From: Hormiphora californensis
Lineage: Eukaryota; Animalia; Ctenophora
Length of the DNA: 64,000 nt
Direction of reading: 5' to 3'
NCBI GenBank assembly: GCA_020137815.1
Contig: CM035351.1
Location: forward strand, 186,001 to 250,000
Shown piece after piece: positions 35,363-49,606 of the stretch. The notes beneath the pieces are model-generated. The model was not told where the DNA came from and ran no database searches. It worked only from the letters and a program-made list of their open reading frames with translations. Each line of letters starts with the position of its first letter. Positions within the stretch are counted from its first letter, which is position 1. The translations under genes and the position numbers were made by a program.

Positions 35363-38121
35363 GGCGGTGAGAAAGGAAAATAAAGCGGCGAGAAATAAGA
35401 TAGGAAATATCCGGTTTCATTGGGCGGTTCTATGCTCTTGGTTTGTAAGTAGTGTGTTTATCAAATAGTTCTATCAAATATAGTTGCACATATATTACTG
35501 AATATTTTAAATTTATTCAGTTAACTCCAGCTGTATTTTATCGGGGGGGGGGGGGTATTTTACCTCGAAACTCTTCTTGTTTGTAATATCGTAAACTATT
35601 ATGTAGCCATCCCATCCGTCGTACCCACTTGACATGACACTGTACTCATCTTGACCTGCCGTATCTAGGATCTGAAATATTGGGAGGGGTGATCGCCTTG
35701 TGTACTTGTGGTACAATCAACGCATGCTTCCTTCGCCTATAAATTGGAAAAAGGAGCAAGTTACTAATGTAGTTGAGCGACTATATACACCAGCTATATA
35801 ATATAGTTTAATTCTTGCTCTGAACTCATTATTCAGAATAATATAGTTAGTTCCAGAGATAACAGAGATATAGTTAGCTAGTTAGGTCCCTGATAAATGT
35901 TACGCAACAAATTTACTACCACTCTACCAATACTGTATAACTGACTGAGAATTCTATAGAGGGGCGGCTAGACGTCAGGTGACAGGCTAAAGGGCTGGTT
36001 AATAGTAAGTTAATAGTAAGTTAATAGTTAGTTAATAGTAAGTTAATAGTAAGTTAATAGTAAGTTAATAGTAAGTTAATAGTAAGTTAATAGTTAGTTA
36101 ATATGTCAGGTGACACATGGCTAAACTGTTAATTTAATAGGGCTGGTAAATAATCCCTGAATTGTCAATTGAGAACTCTTTACTAATAGTCTATAAACTG
36201 AGGGCCCTCGGGGCCTACACCGCTAAAGTTTCTGAAATGCTTTTTCTAAACTTTTGTAGAGTCAAGTATACGAACAAAGACTCCAAAAATAGCCCGAAAA
36301 GTAAACAAACAAATAAGACGTAAGTTTAGTAAAGCGGCCTACCTCGATACTATAATGGGTGTTGTAAAGCGGCCTACCTCGATACTGTAATGGGTGTTGT
36401 AAAGCGGCCTACCTCAATACTGTAGTGGGTGTTGTAAAGCGGCCTACCTCGATACTGTAATGGGTGTTGTAAAGTGGCCTACCTCAATACTGTAATGGGT
36501 GTTGTAAAGCGGCCTACCTCAATACTGTAATGGGTGTTGTAAAGCGGCCTACCTCGATACTGTAATGGGTGTTGTAAAGCGGCCTACCTCAATACTGTAA
36601 TGGGTGTTGTAAAGCGGCCTACCTCGATACTGTAATGGGTGTTGTGTAAAGCGGCCTACCTCGATACTGTAGTGGGTGTTGTAAAGCGGCCTACCTCGAT
36701 ACTGTAATGGGTGTTGTAAAGTGGCCTACCTCGATACTGTAATGGGTGTTGTAAAGCGGCCTACCTCAATACTGTAATGGGTGGTGTAAAGCGGCCTACC
36801 TCGATACTGTAATGGGTGGTGTAAAGCGGCCTACCTCGATACTGTAATGGGTGTTGTAAAGCGGCCTACCTCGATACTGTAATGGGTGTTGTAAAGCGGC
36901 CTACCTCAATACTGTAGTGGGTGTTGTAAAGCGGCCTACCTCAATACTGTAATGGGTGTTGTAAAGCGGCCTACCTCAATACTGTAATGGGTGTTGTAAA
37001 GCGGCCTACCTCGATACTGTAATGGGTGTTGTAAAGCGGCCTACCTCGATACTGTAATGGGTGTTGTAAAGCGGCCTACCTCGATACTGTAATGGGTGTT
37101 GTAAAGCGGCCTACCTCGATACTGTAATGGGTGTTGTAAAGCGGCCTACCTCGATACTGTAATGGGTGGTGTAAAGCGGCCTACCTCGATACTGTAATGG
37201 GTGTTGTAAAGCGGCCTACCTCGATACTGTAATGGGTGTTGTAAAGCGGCCTACCTCGATACTGTAATGGGTGTTGTAAAGCGGCCTACCTCGATACTGT
37301 AATGGGTGTTGTAAAGCGGCCTACCTCGATACTGTAATGGGTGTTGTAAAGCGGCCTACCTCGATACTGTAGTGGGTGTTGTAAAGCGGCCTACCTCGAT
37401 ACTGTAGTGGGTGTTGTAAAGCGGCCTACCTCGATACTGTAATGGGTGTTGTAAAGCGGCCTACCTCGATACTGTAATGGGTGTTGTGTAAAGCGGCCTA
37501 CCTCAATACTGTAATGGGTGTTGTAAAGCGGCCTACCTCGATACTGTAGTGGGTGTTGTGTAAAGCGGCCTACCTCGATACTGTAATGGGTGTTGTAAAG
37601 CGGCCTACCTCAATACTGTAATGGGTGTTTTGTAAAGCGGCCTACCTCAATACTGTAATGGGTGTGTTGTAAAGCGGCCTACCTCGATACTGTAATGGGT
37701 GTTGTAAAGCGGCCTACCTCGATACTGTAATGGGTGTTGTGTAAAGCGGCCTACCTCAATACTGTAATGGGTGTTGTAAAGCGGCCTACCTCAATACTGT
37801 AATGGGTGTTGTAAAGCGGCCTACCTCAATACTGTAATGGGTGTTGTAAAGCGGCCTACCTCGATACTGTAATGGGTGTTGTAAAGCGGCCTACCTCAAT
37901 ACTGTAATGGGTGTTGTAAAGCGGCCTACCTCAATACTGTAATGGGTGTTGTTGATTTGAAAGCGTTTACTGAAAGTGTTGGCGATGGTGGGGTTGTAGG
38001 AATCAGGAAAGTTATTATCCACAAACTGACAGGTAAGAGAGGACTTGCCAACCCTGCTATACCCAATGATACATATCTTTCTCTTTTTCAACTGTGAACC
38101 ACCGTCAGGCCTCGCAGACAT
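34193..38121 (-). CDS. Rheb: Rheb-like Ras-family small GTPase, 194 aa
   Basis: Exons 38121-37930, 35671-35564, 34713-34588, 34351-34193. Motifs KRKICIIGYSRVGKSSLTCQFV, DSYNPTIANTF, DTAGQDEYS, DKLLD, VLVGNQKDLH, ETSAK, CAAX = CAVM. Confidence 0.88.
36329..37952 (-). repeat. 35-bp minisatellite (~46 copies) spanning the donor of the first Rheb coding exon: AACACCCATTACAGTATYGAG|GTAGGCCGCTTTAC
   Basis: The first copy on the minus strand is the exon end NTHYSIE plus its donor. Confidence 0.95.
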
Positions 38122-39184
38122 GCTATAATGTAGGGGTGGGGTCAGTTGGGCAGGGAGGGTAGATGAGGGAGGGCTGGGGGAGGGGGTTAGATTGAAGGGG
38201 GGGGGGGGTCAGTACTCAGTTGGGGGTCATGGGAGAACAGGAATAACCTCTGTAGCTGACTGAGTACAGAGCTTTTAATAGATTCACACAGAGTATAAAC
38301 ACAGTACAAAATATATCAACAAGAATTATTGAGCAGCTGCCATTAATTAACAGGCGCCAACAAGTTGACACTGTTTCACTGTAGAGAGATACTGTACGGA
38401 GGTTAATTATTGTTACAATGCCTGCCATACAATACTTTCCACAATACCACTCTTTCATGTTGCTAATCTGACCAAATATACTCCGAGTTATTCCAAGAAA
38501 ACACACACACCCCATTTGTCAAAATGTCCTCGCTCTGACTGTTTCTTTATTTCTCATAAATATTTATATAATACTCCGTGCATACCCTTCATTTTGTCCC
38601 AATATACGAAGCTCTGACTGCTTTACGCTCCAGTTACAAATTAGAAACTGACATCAGTTTGGAAACCGACGCCCAGCTGGGACACTCCTGGTCAACCATG
38701 CTGCCCGCGACATCTACGATCACGTGACCGAATTTCGTTGTGAATTGCATTGAAAGTAGGCGCCGCACGTAGTGTTAGTTAGCTAAAAAACCAGGACCAT
38801 GGAAATCGACATCAGTTTCCAATTTTGTAACTAGTCCCTTATATGTATGTAGCGGGCCGCCCGCTAGGGTCATTCGCTACATATGTATTATATATTACTG
38901 CCCGACCTGCGAAGCAGGGAGGGTGGTATATGGTATAAAACCCGACCAAAGAGAGGGGTTTATACTTTGTATAAGCAAGGATTTATTGATTATAAACTTT
39001 AGCGGCAAAAACATCCTTGCTTTTTATAGTGGGCGGAATATGCATTATACCCGCTGTGGTTTATATTTTATCCCCGACGGTATATAATCTTCATCTTCTA
39101 TTATATATCATATATCTTGGCGGCCCTGAGTTCTTCCCCGGTGGTCTAGGACTCTCTACTCTCTCTCTCTCTCTCTCTACTCAC

Positions 39185-39280
<96 letters not shown>

Positions 39281-39281
39281 A

Positions 39282-39324
<43 letters not shown>

Positions 39325-39453
39325 CTTCTAACTTCTTATTGCACTCTGATTGTGTGCTACACATGAACCCCCCAACAGTTCTATCCTTCTTCCTCTTGAT
39401 ACTTTCTTTCTTCCTCGCCTTCTATTCTCTCTATCTCTCTAGCAGTATCTCTC

Positions 39454-39501
<48 letters not shown>

Positions 39502-40052
39502 TCTCCCATTATATCTATGTCTCAGTTTCCTCGGTCTCTCCCAATTGTCAAAGTATTTATTAAGTTATTTTCCACCTTTGTTTTATTTTGAGGGATCAGT
39601 GTGGCTTTTCTATGGCACTCAGGGGTAGCATTTGCGTAGATCATTTTAGTACAATGACAGCGCTTGACAGCTCTATAGATAATGTTGGAACCCCCCCCCT
39701 AGATTCAGATTCTATAGCCTCTCTCTTATACCTATCTCACTATCAAAACTGTAGTAATCACACTCTATCACACGTGCCTTGTGTGTGAACTGCAGCCAGG
39801 TAAAGTGGAGTTTAGGGGTGGGATGATTAGATGAGGTATATATTTAGGGGTGGGATGATTAGATGAGAGATATATTTAGGGGTGGGATCATTAGATGAGA
39901 GATATATGGAATAAATCCAAAGTGAGTGAGATAGATTAGAGATTAGAGAGAGGGGACATGATATTGCACTGTGGTATATACCTATCACGGGATATATCAT
40001 CTGAATGTAGTAAAATATAAAATTATTTCTAGTGAGAGAAATGAGAATTGAA

Positions 40053-43000
40053 AACTCGAAAGTGATTGCCTTCTCTCAGGCACTAAACTCGAAAGTGATT
40101 GCCTTCTCTCAGGCACTAAACTCGAAAGTGATTGCCTTCTCTCAGGCACACTAAACTCGAAAGTGATTGCCTTCTCTCAGGCACTAAACTCGAAAGTGAT
40201 TGCCTTCTCTCAGGCACTAAACTCGAAAGTGATTGCCTTCTCTCAGGCACTAAACTCGAAAGTGATTGCCTTCTCTCAGGCACTAAACTCGAAAGTGATT
40301 GCCTTCTCTCAGGCACTAAACTCGAAAGTGATTGCCTTCTCTCTGGCACTAAACTCGAAAGTGATTGCCTTCTCTCAGGCACTAAACTCGAAACTGATTG
40401 CCTTCTCTCAGGCACTAAACTCGAAAGTGATTGCCTTCTCTCAGGCACTAAACTCGAAAGTGATTGCCTTCTCTCAGGCACTAAACTCGAAAGTGATTGC
40501 CTTCTCTCAGGCACTAAACTCGAAAGTGATTGCCTTCTCTCAGGCACTAAACTCGAAAGTGATTGCCTTCTCTCAGGCACTAAACTCGAAAGTGATTGCC
40601 TTCTCTCAGGCACTAAACTCGAAACTGATTGCCTTCTCTCAGGCACTAAACTCGAAACTGATTGCCTTCTCTCAGGCACTAAACTCGAAAGTGATTGCCT
40701 TCTCTCAGGCACTAAACTCGAAACTGATTGCCTTCTCTCAGGCACTAAACTCGAAACTGATTGCCTTCTCTCAGGCACTAAACTCGAAACTGATTGCCTT
40801 CTCTCAGGCACTAAACTCGAAAGTGATTGCCTTCTCTCAGGCACTAAACTCGAAAGTGATTGCCTTCTCTCAGGCACTAATTTTATTTATTTTATTAAAT
40901 CTATATAATAATTTACACAGTTTGATGTATAAAATTATCAGCCCCTTTTTGTGGGCAAAAAACGGTTGATCAAAGATATGAGTCCATTTAAGAGTCCAGT
41001 TTATAAAGATAGTCTATGAAAAGTTTATCGCTCCTTTCCGTATCCGAAATTGTCTTTCGGGATTCGATTCCCTTAACTCCTTCAATGTAAGGTGGAGTTC
41101 CCTCCTCTCCGTTCTCTCTGCGAGTGACATATCTCTTGACAAGTATACACCGCAGTACGATTCGGACTGTTTCAACTGCCTAGCCTTCTGGAGAAGGCTC
41201 AGCAGCATTTCTCTACTCTGTAGCTTCACGATCACGGGTCTCTCCCTTCCTTCCCGTTTCAAACCCACCCTTTTAGCTACAACAATAGGTTTCTCATCAA
41301 GCTCAGCCAAAACATTCTCTATCTCACATTTCAACACAGATTCAGATTCCGCCTCAACTTCCGGTAGACCAAACACCATCAGATTTTTGGATCTGTCTGG
41401 ATCTGGACTCGAATCAACTTTTTTGCCATGAGCTTTCCCTTCATCTTTCTTGATATTTTTCGGTGCAAGAGCAGACCTACAATTCTGCGTCAAGACAGTT
41501 GAGAAAGAGCGCAGATCTTTCTGTACTGTTTCGGTTACTCGATGTAGTTGAGTGTCCTGAAGCTCAATGACCTGCTCTTGTAACCTAATAGTCTTTCTCA
41601 ACAGGTCATCCATCTCAACTCTCAATATCTCCTCTTTTTTCTGCAACTCCAAACTCTTTCTCAACAGTTCATCTCTTTCTTCCTTTAATTCCAACTCAGG
41701 CGACTTCTCGACGTTGAAACGATGTTGGAAGTACTTTAGAAGTGGCAAGGTCGACATAAATACATCTTCTAATACAGATGCCAAATCACGTTTCGTGTGG
41801 GATGAGTGGATATTGAAAGATGTCGGTATTTCCCTGATATCCTCAGGGCTACTCCCTAACTTTCTGGTTAAATCCGGTGAAGGAATCCCTGCATACTTGA
41901 CCATGGTCAGGATTCGGCTCGCATACCAATCCAAATCAGCCTGAGTCAGCTCCTCTTGACGTACTGGAATAACTGTCATATCGTACGGTCTGCCCATAGG
42001 GGCTGTCACATCACCATATCTACCTGCTCAAATTAATTTGTTTAAAGTAGTGTTGAAAAGTTTGAAACTAAACTCGAAACTGATTGCCTTCTCTCAGGCA
42101 CTAAACTCGAAAGTGATTGCCTTCTCTCAGGCACTAAACTCGAAAGTGATTGCCTTCTCTCAGGCACTAAACTCGAAAGTGATTGCCTTCTCTCAGGCAC
42201 TAAACTCGAAAGTGATTGCCTTCTCTCAGGCACTAAACTCGAAAGTGATTGCCTTCTCTCAGGCACTAAACTCGAAAGTGATTGCCTTCTCTCAGGCACT
42301 AAACTCGAAAGTGATTGCCTTCTCTCAGGCACTAAACTCGAAAGTGATTGCCTTCTCTCAGGCACTAAACTCGAAACTGATTGCCTTCTCTCAGGCACTA
42401 AACTCGAAAGTGATTGCCTTCTCTCAGGCACTAAACTCGAAAGTGATTGCCTTCTCTCAGGCACTAAACTCGAAAGTGATTGCCTTCTCTCTGGCACTAA
42501 ACTCGAAAGTGATTGCCTTCTCTCAGGCACTAAACTCGAAAGTGATTGCCTTCTCTCAGGCACTAAACTCGAAACTGATTGCCTTCTCTCAGGCACTAAA
42601 CTCGAAAGTGATTGCCTTCTCTCAGGCACTAAACTCGAAAGTGATTGCCTTCTCTCTGGCACTAAACTCGAAACTGATTGCCTTCTCTCAGGCACTAAAC
42701 TCGAAAGTGATTGCCTTCTCTCAGGCACTAAACTCGAAAGTGATTGCCTTCTCTCAGGCACTAAACTCGAAAGTGATTGCCTTCTCTCAGGCACTAAACT
42801 CGAAAGTGATTGCCTTCTCTCAGGCACTAAACTCGAAAGTGATTGCCTTCTCTCAGGCACTAAACTCGAAAGTGATTGCCTTCTCTCAGGCACTAAACTC
42901 GAAAGTGATTGCCTTCTCTCAGGCACTAAACTCGAAAGTGATTGCCTTCTCTCAGGCACTAAACTCGAAAGTGATTGCCTTCTCTCAGGCACTAAACTCG

Positions 43001-45668
43001 AAAGTGATTGCCTTCTCTCAGGCACTAAACTCGAAAGTGATTGCCTTCTCTCTGGCACTAAACTCGAAACTGATTGCCTTCTCTCAGGCACTAAACTCGA
43101 AAGTGATTGCCTTCTCTCAGGCACTAAACTCGAAAGTGATTGCCTTCTCTCAGGCACTAAACTCGAAACTGATTGCCTTCTCTCTGGGTGACTAAACTCG
43201 AAAGTGATTGCCTTCTCTCAGGCACTAAACTCGAAAGTGATTGCCTTCTCTCAGGCACTAAACTCGAAAGTGACGGCCTTCTCTCAGGCACTAAACTCGA
43301 AAGTGATTGCCTTCTCTCAGGCACTAAACTCGAAAGTGATTGCCTTCTCTCAGGCACTAAACTCGAAAGTGATTGCCTTCTCTCAGGCACTAAACTCGAA
43401 AGTGATTGCCTTCTCTCAGGCACTAAACTCGAAACTGATTGCCTTCTCTCAGGCACTAAACTCGAAAGTGATTGCCTTCTCTCAGGCACTAAACTCGAAA
43501 CTGATTGCCTTCTCTCAGGCACTAAACTCGAAAGTGATTGCCTTCTCTCAGGCACTAAACTCGAAAGTGATTGCCTTCTCTCAGGCACTAAACTCGAAAC
43601 TGATTGCCTTCTCTCAGGCACTAAACTCGAAAGTGATTGCCTTCTCTCAGGCACTAAACTCGAAAGTGATTGCCTTCTCTCAGGCACTAAACTCGAAATT
43701 GATTGCCTTCTCTCAGGCACTAAACTCGAAAGTGATTGCCTTCTCTCAGGCACTAAACTCGAAAGTGATTGCCTTCTCTCAGGCACTAAACTCGAAAGTG
43801 ATTGCCTTCTCTCAGGCACTAAACTCGAAAGTGATTGCCTTCTCTCAGGCACTAAACTCGAAAGTGATTGCCTTCTCTTAGGCACTAAACTCGAAAGTGA
43901 TTGCCTTCTCTCAGGCACTAAACTCGAAAGTGATTGCCTTCTCTCAGGCACTAAACTCGAAAGTGATTGCCTTCTCTCAGGCACTAAACTCGAAAGTGAT
44001 TGCCTTCTCTCAGGCACTAAACTCGAAAGTGATTGCCTTCTCTCAGGCACTAAACTCGAAAGTGATTGCCTTCTCTCAGGCACTAAACTCGAAAGTGATT
44101 GCCTTCTCTCAGGCACTAAACTCGAAAGTGATTGCCTTCTCTCAGGCACTAAACTCGAAACTGATTGCCTTCTCTCAGGCACTAAACTCGAAAGTGATTG
44201 CCTTCTCTCAGGCACTAAACTCGAAAGTGATTGCCTTCTCTCAGGCACTAAACTCGAAAGTGATTGCCTTCTCTCAGGCACTAAACTCGAAAGTGATTGC
44301 CTTCTCTCAGGCACTAAACTCGAAACTGATTGCCTTCTCTCAGGCACTAAACTCGAAAGTGATTGCCTTCTCTCAGGCACTAAACTCGAAACTGATTGCC
44401 TTCTCTCAGGCACTAAACTCGAAAGTGATTGCCTTCTCTCAGGCACTAAACTCGAAAGTGATTGCCTTCTCTCAGGCACTAAACTCGAAAGTGATTGCCT
44501 TCTCTCAGGCACTAAACTCGAAAGTGATTGCCTTCTCTCAGGCACTAAACTCGAAAGTGATTGCCTTCTCTCAGGCACTAAACTCGAAAGTGATTGCCTT
44601 CTCTCAGGCACTAAACTCGAAAGTGATTGCCTTCTCTCAGGCACTAAACTCGAAAGTGATTGCCTTCTCTCAGGCACTAAACTCGAAAGTGATTGCCTTC
44701 TCTCAGGCACTAAACTCGAAAGTGATTGCCTTCTCTCAGGCACTAAACTCGAAAGTGATTGCCTTCTCTCAGGCACTAAACTCGAAAGTGATTGCCTTCT
44801 CTCAGGCACTAAACTCGAAAGTGATTGCCTTCTCTCAGGCACTAAACTCGAAAGTGATTGCCTTCTCTCAGGCACTAAACTCGAAACGTGATTGCCTTCT
44901 CTCAGGCACTAAACTCGAAAGTGATTGCCTTCTCTCAGGCACTAAACTCGAAAGTGATTGCCTTCTCTCAGGCACTAAACTCGAAAGTGATTGCCTTCTC
45001 TCAGGCACTAAACTCGAAAGTGATTGCCTTCTCTCAGGCACTAAACTCGAAAGTGATTGCCTTCTCTCAGGCACTAAACTCGAAAGTGATTGCCTTCTCT
45101 CAGGCACTAAACTCGAAAGTGATTGCCTTCTCTCAGGCACTAAACTCGAAAGTGATTGCCTTCTCTCAGGCACTAAACTCGAAAGTGATTGCCTTCTCTC
45201 AGGCACTAAACTCGAAAGTGATTGCCTTCTCTCAGGCACTAAACTCGAAAGTGATTGCCTTCTCTCAGGCACTAAACTCGAAAGTGATTGCCTTCTCTCA
45301 GGCACTAAACTCGAAAGTGATTGCCTTCTCTCTGGCACTAAACTCGAAAGTGATTGCCTTCTCTCAGGCACTAAACTCGAAAGTGATTGCCTTCTCTCAG
45401 GCACTAAACTCGAAAGTGATTGCCTTCTCTCAGGCACTAAACTCGAAAGTGATTGCCTTCTCTCAGGCACTAAACTCGAAAGTGATTGCCTTCTCTCAGG
45501 CACTAAACTCGAAAGTGATTGCCTTCTCTCTGGCACTAAACTCGAAAGTGATTGCCTTCTCTCAGGCACTAAACTCGAAAGTGATTGCCTTCTCTCAGGC
45601 ACTAAACTCGAAAGTGATTGCCTTCTCTCAGGCACTAAACTCGAAAATGATTGCCTTCTCTCTGGGTG
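40053..45668. repeat. 33-bp minisatellite (~130 copies) ACTAAACTCGAAAGTGATTGCCTTCTCTCAGGC, interrupted by an ORF1-only element
   Basis: Arrays at 40053-40880 and 42067-45668; no host exon identified. Confidence 0.95.
40881..42066 (-). mobile_element. ORF1-only retroposed element (~1.19 kb) with A-rich tail and 5-bp TSD
   Basis: Intact ORF 41014-42009 (first in-frame ATG at 41997) with DRSKNLMVFGLPE...RPVIVKL...VYLSRDMS. The minus-strand 3' end is AATAAAATAAATAAAA. ACTAA is duplicated at 40876-40880 and 42067-42071. Confidence 0.82.
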
Positions 45669-47094
45669 ACTGAAAGTGCGTAATCTCATTGGAGAATGGA
45701 GCTATCGAATTTAATCAAAAGCTAACTCCTAGTACACGCCCTTTCCATCTCCTCTTAGTAAACACTCTTTCCATCTTCTCATGTAGTATTAGTAGTACTA
45801 TCTTTAATAAACTATTGGGGACCTACTACCGTATTAGTATACCATTAGGGACTAGGTTCTACAAAGTCCCCCTCTTTGTTTCTCATTCGTCCACTGCAGC
45901 AGCAGCAGACCTCACATTTCTCCCAGTAGGGTATCATTGCAGTTTTCTCTCACTTTTTTTACAGAGCCTCGGCCAGTATGCTCTAAATACACATACCCTT
46001 GGTGGTAGAATATGAGGGATACATAGAGAGAGAGGGGGAGAGGGATAAAGAGAGGGGGAGAGGGGAGGGTGGTATAGAGAGAGGGGGAGAGGGTTGTATA
46101 TATGGTGGATAGAGGAAGGGAGGGATAGAGAACCTCTTGGTTCGATTAGATTTTGGGAGCAGGAGACCGTGGTTATTTTTTTCCATCATGATGCCCCTTT
46201 CTCTCTCCCACTCTCTCTCTCTCACTCTCTCTTTCACTCTCTCTCTCCCTTTCTTTCTCTCTCTCTCTCTCACTCTCTCACTCTCTCTCTTTCTCTCTCT
46301 CCCCTCTCTCTCTCTCTCCCTTTCTTTCTCTTCCAGACTTCCTCTCCTCGTCTCGCAATATTTTAATAATCTAACTGATAGTCTATCTGATTCCAAAGGT
46401 TTGCGAGATTGAACCTTTAAATAACTACAATATATTCAAATTAAATCTATCATTTATTATTGTATAAAGTTCTATTTTGTATTGCTCTGATCTTCTGACA
46501 GCTTCCCCTTAAGAGGTGACAACTTAGAACATTTCATATATGTTATAATACATGTCTCTGATAGGAGAACCCCCCTCTCTAGTTCTCTCCCGCAGCTGGG
46601 AAGTATTAACCGCTTGCCTACTTGCCTCCCCCGGGGAAGTGGGTTATAAATAGAATCGGGAGGGAGAGAGGGATTGAGACAGAAGAAGCAAGCAAGATAA
46701 GGCGGGAGAGAACTAGAGAGGGGTAACCCCCCGAGAGAGGCGGGAGAGAACTAAAGAGGGGTACCCCCTCCCCTGAGAGAGAAGCGGGAGAGAACTAGAG
46801 AGGGGTACCCCCCGAGAGAGAGAGGGGGTATTTCTGAGACGCCTCACCGTCATACGAATCTATAAATGGTGACAAGAGTTATACTGCGTGTCCGAGTGAG
46901 TCAGACAAGGAAGACCAGTCAACAGATCCCTTAGAACTAATATGGTCTTGTTCCGTAGCTTATGCTACATCTCGACCTCATCTCGCTGAGTTCTTGATTG
47001 ATACCCCTGAATCCCACCTCTCTGTTGGATTCCTCCCTGACTTGTTTTGAATTGGGACTGGGCCCCACCTTTCTTTGTTATTGCTGTTGTTGTA

Positions 47095-49578
<2,484 letters not shown>

Positions 49579-49606
<28 letters not shown>

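Noticed and set aside
40116-45689. Long repeat ORFs (PERRQSLSSLV, SGTKLESDCLL, IAFSQALNSKV)
   Set aside because: By-products of a 33-bp (3n) array open in several frames; frameshifts at about 40148, 43188 and 44887 are tolerated.
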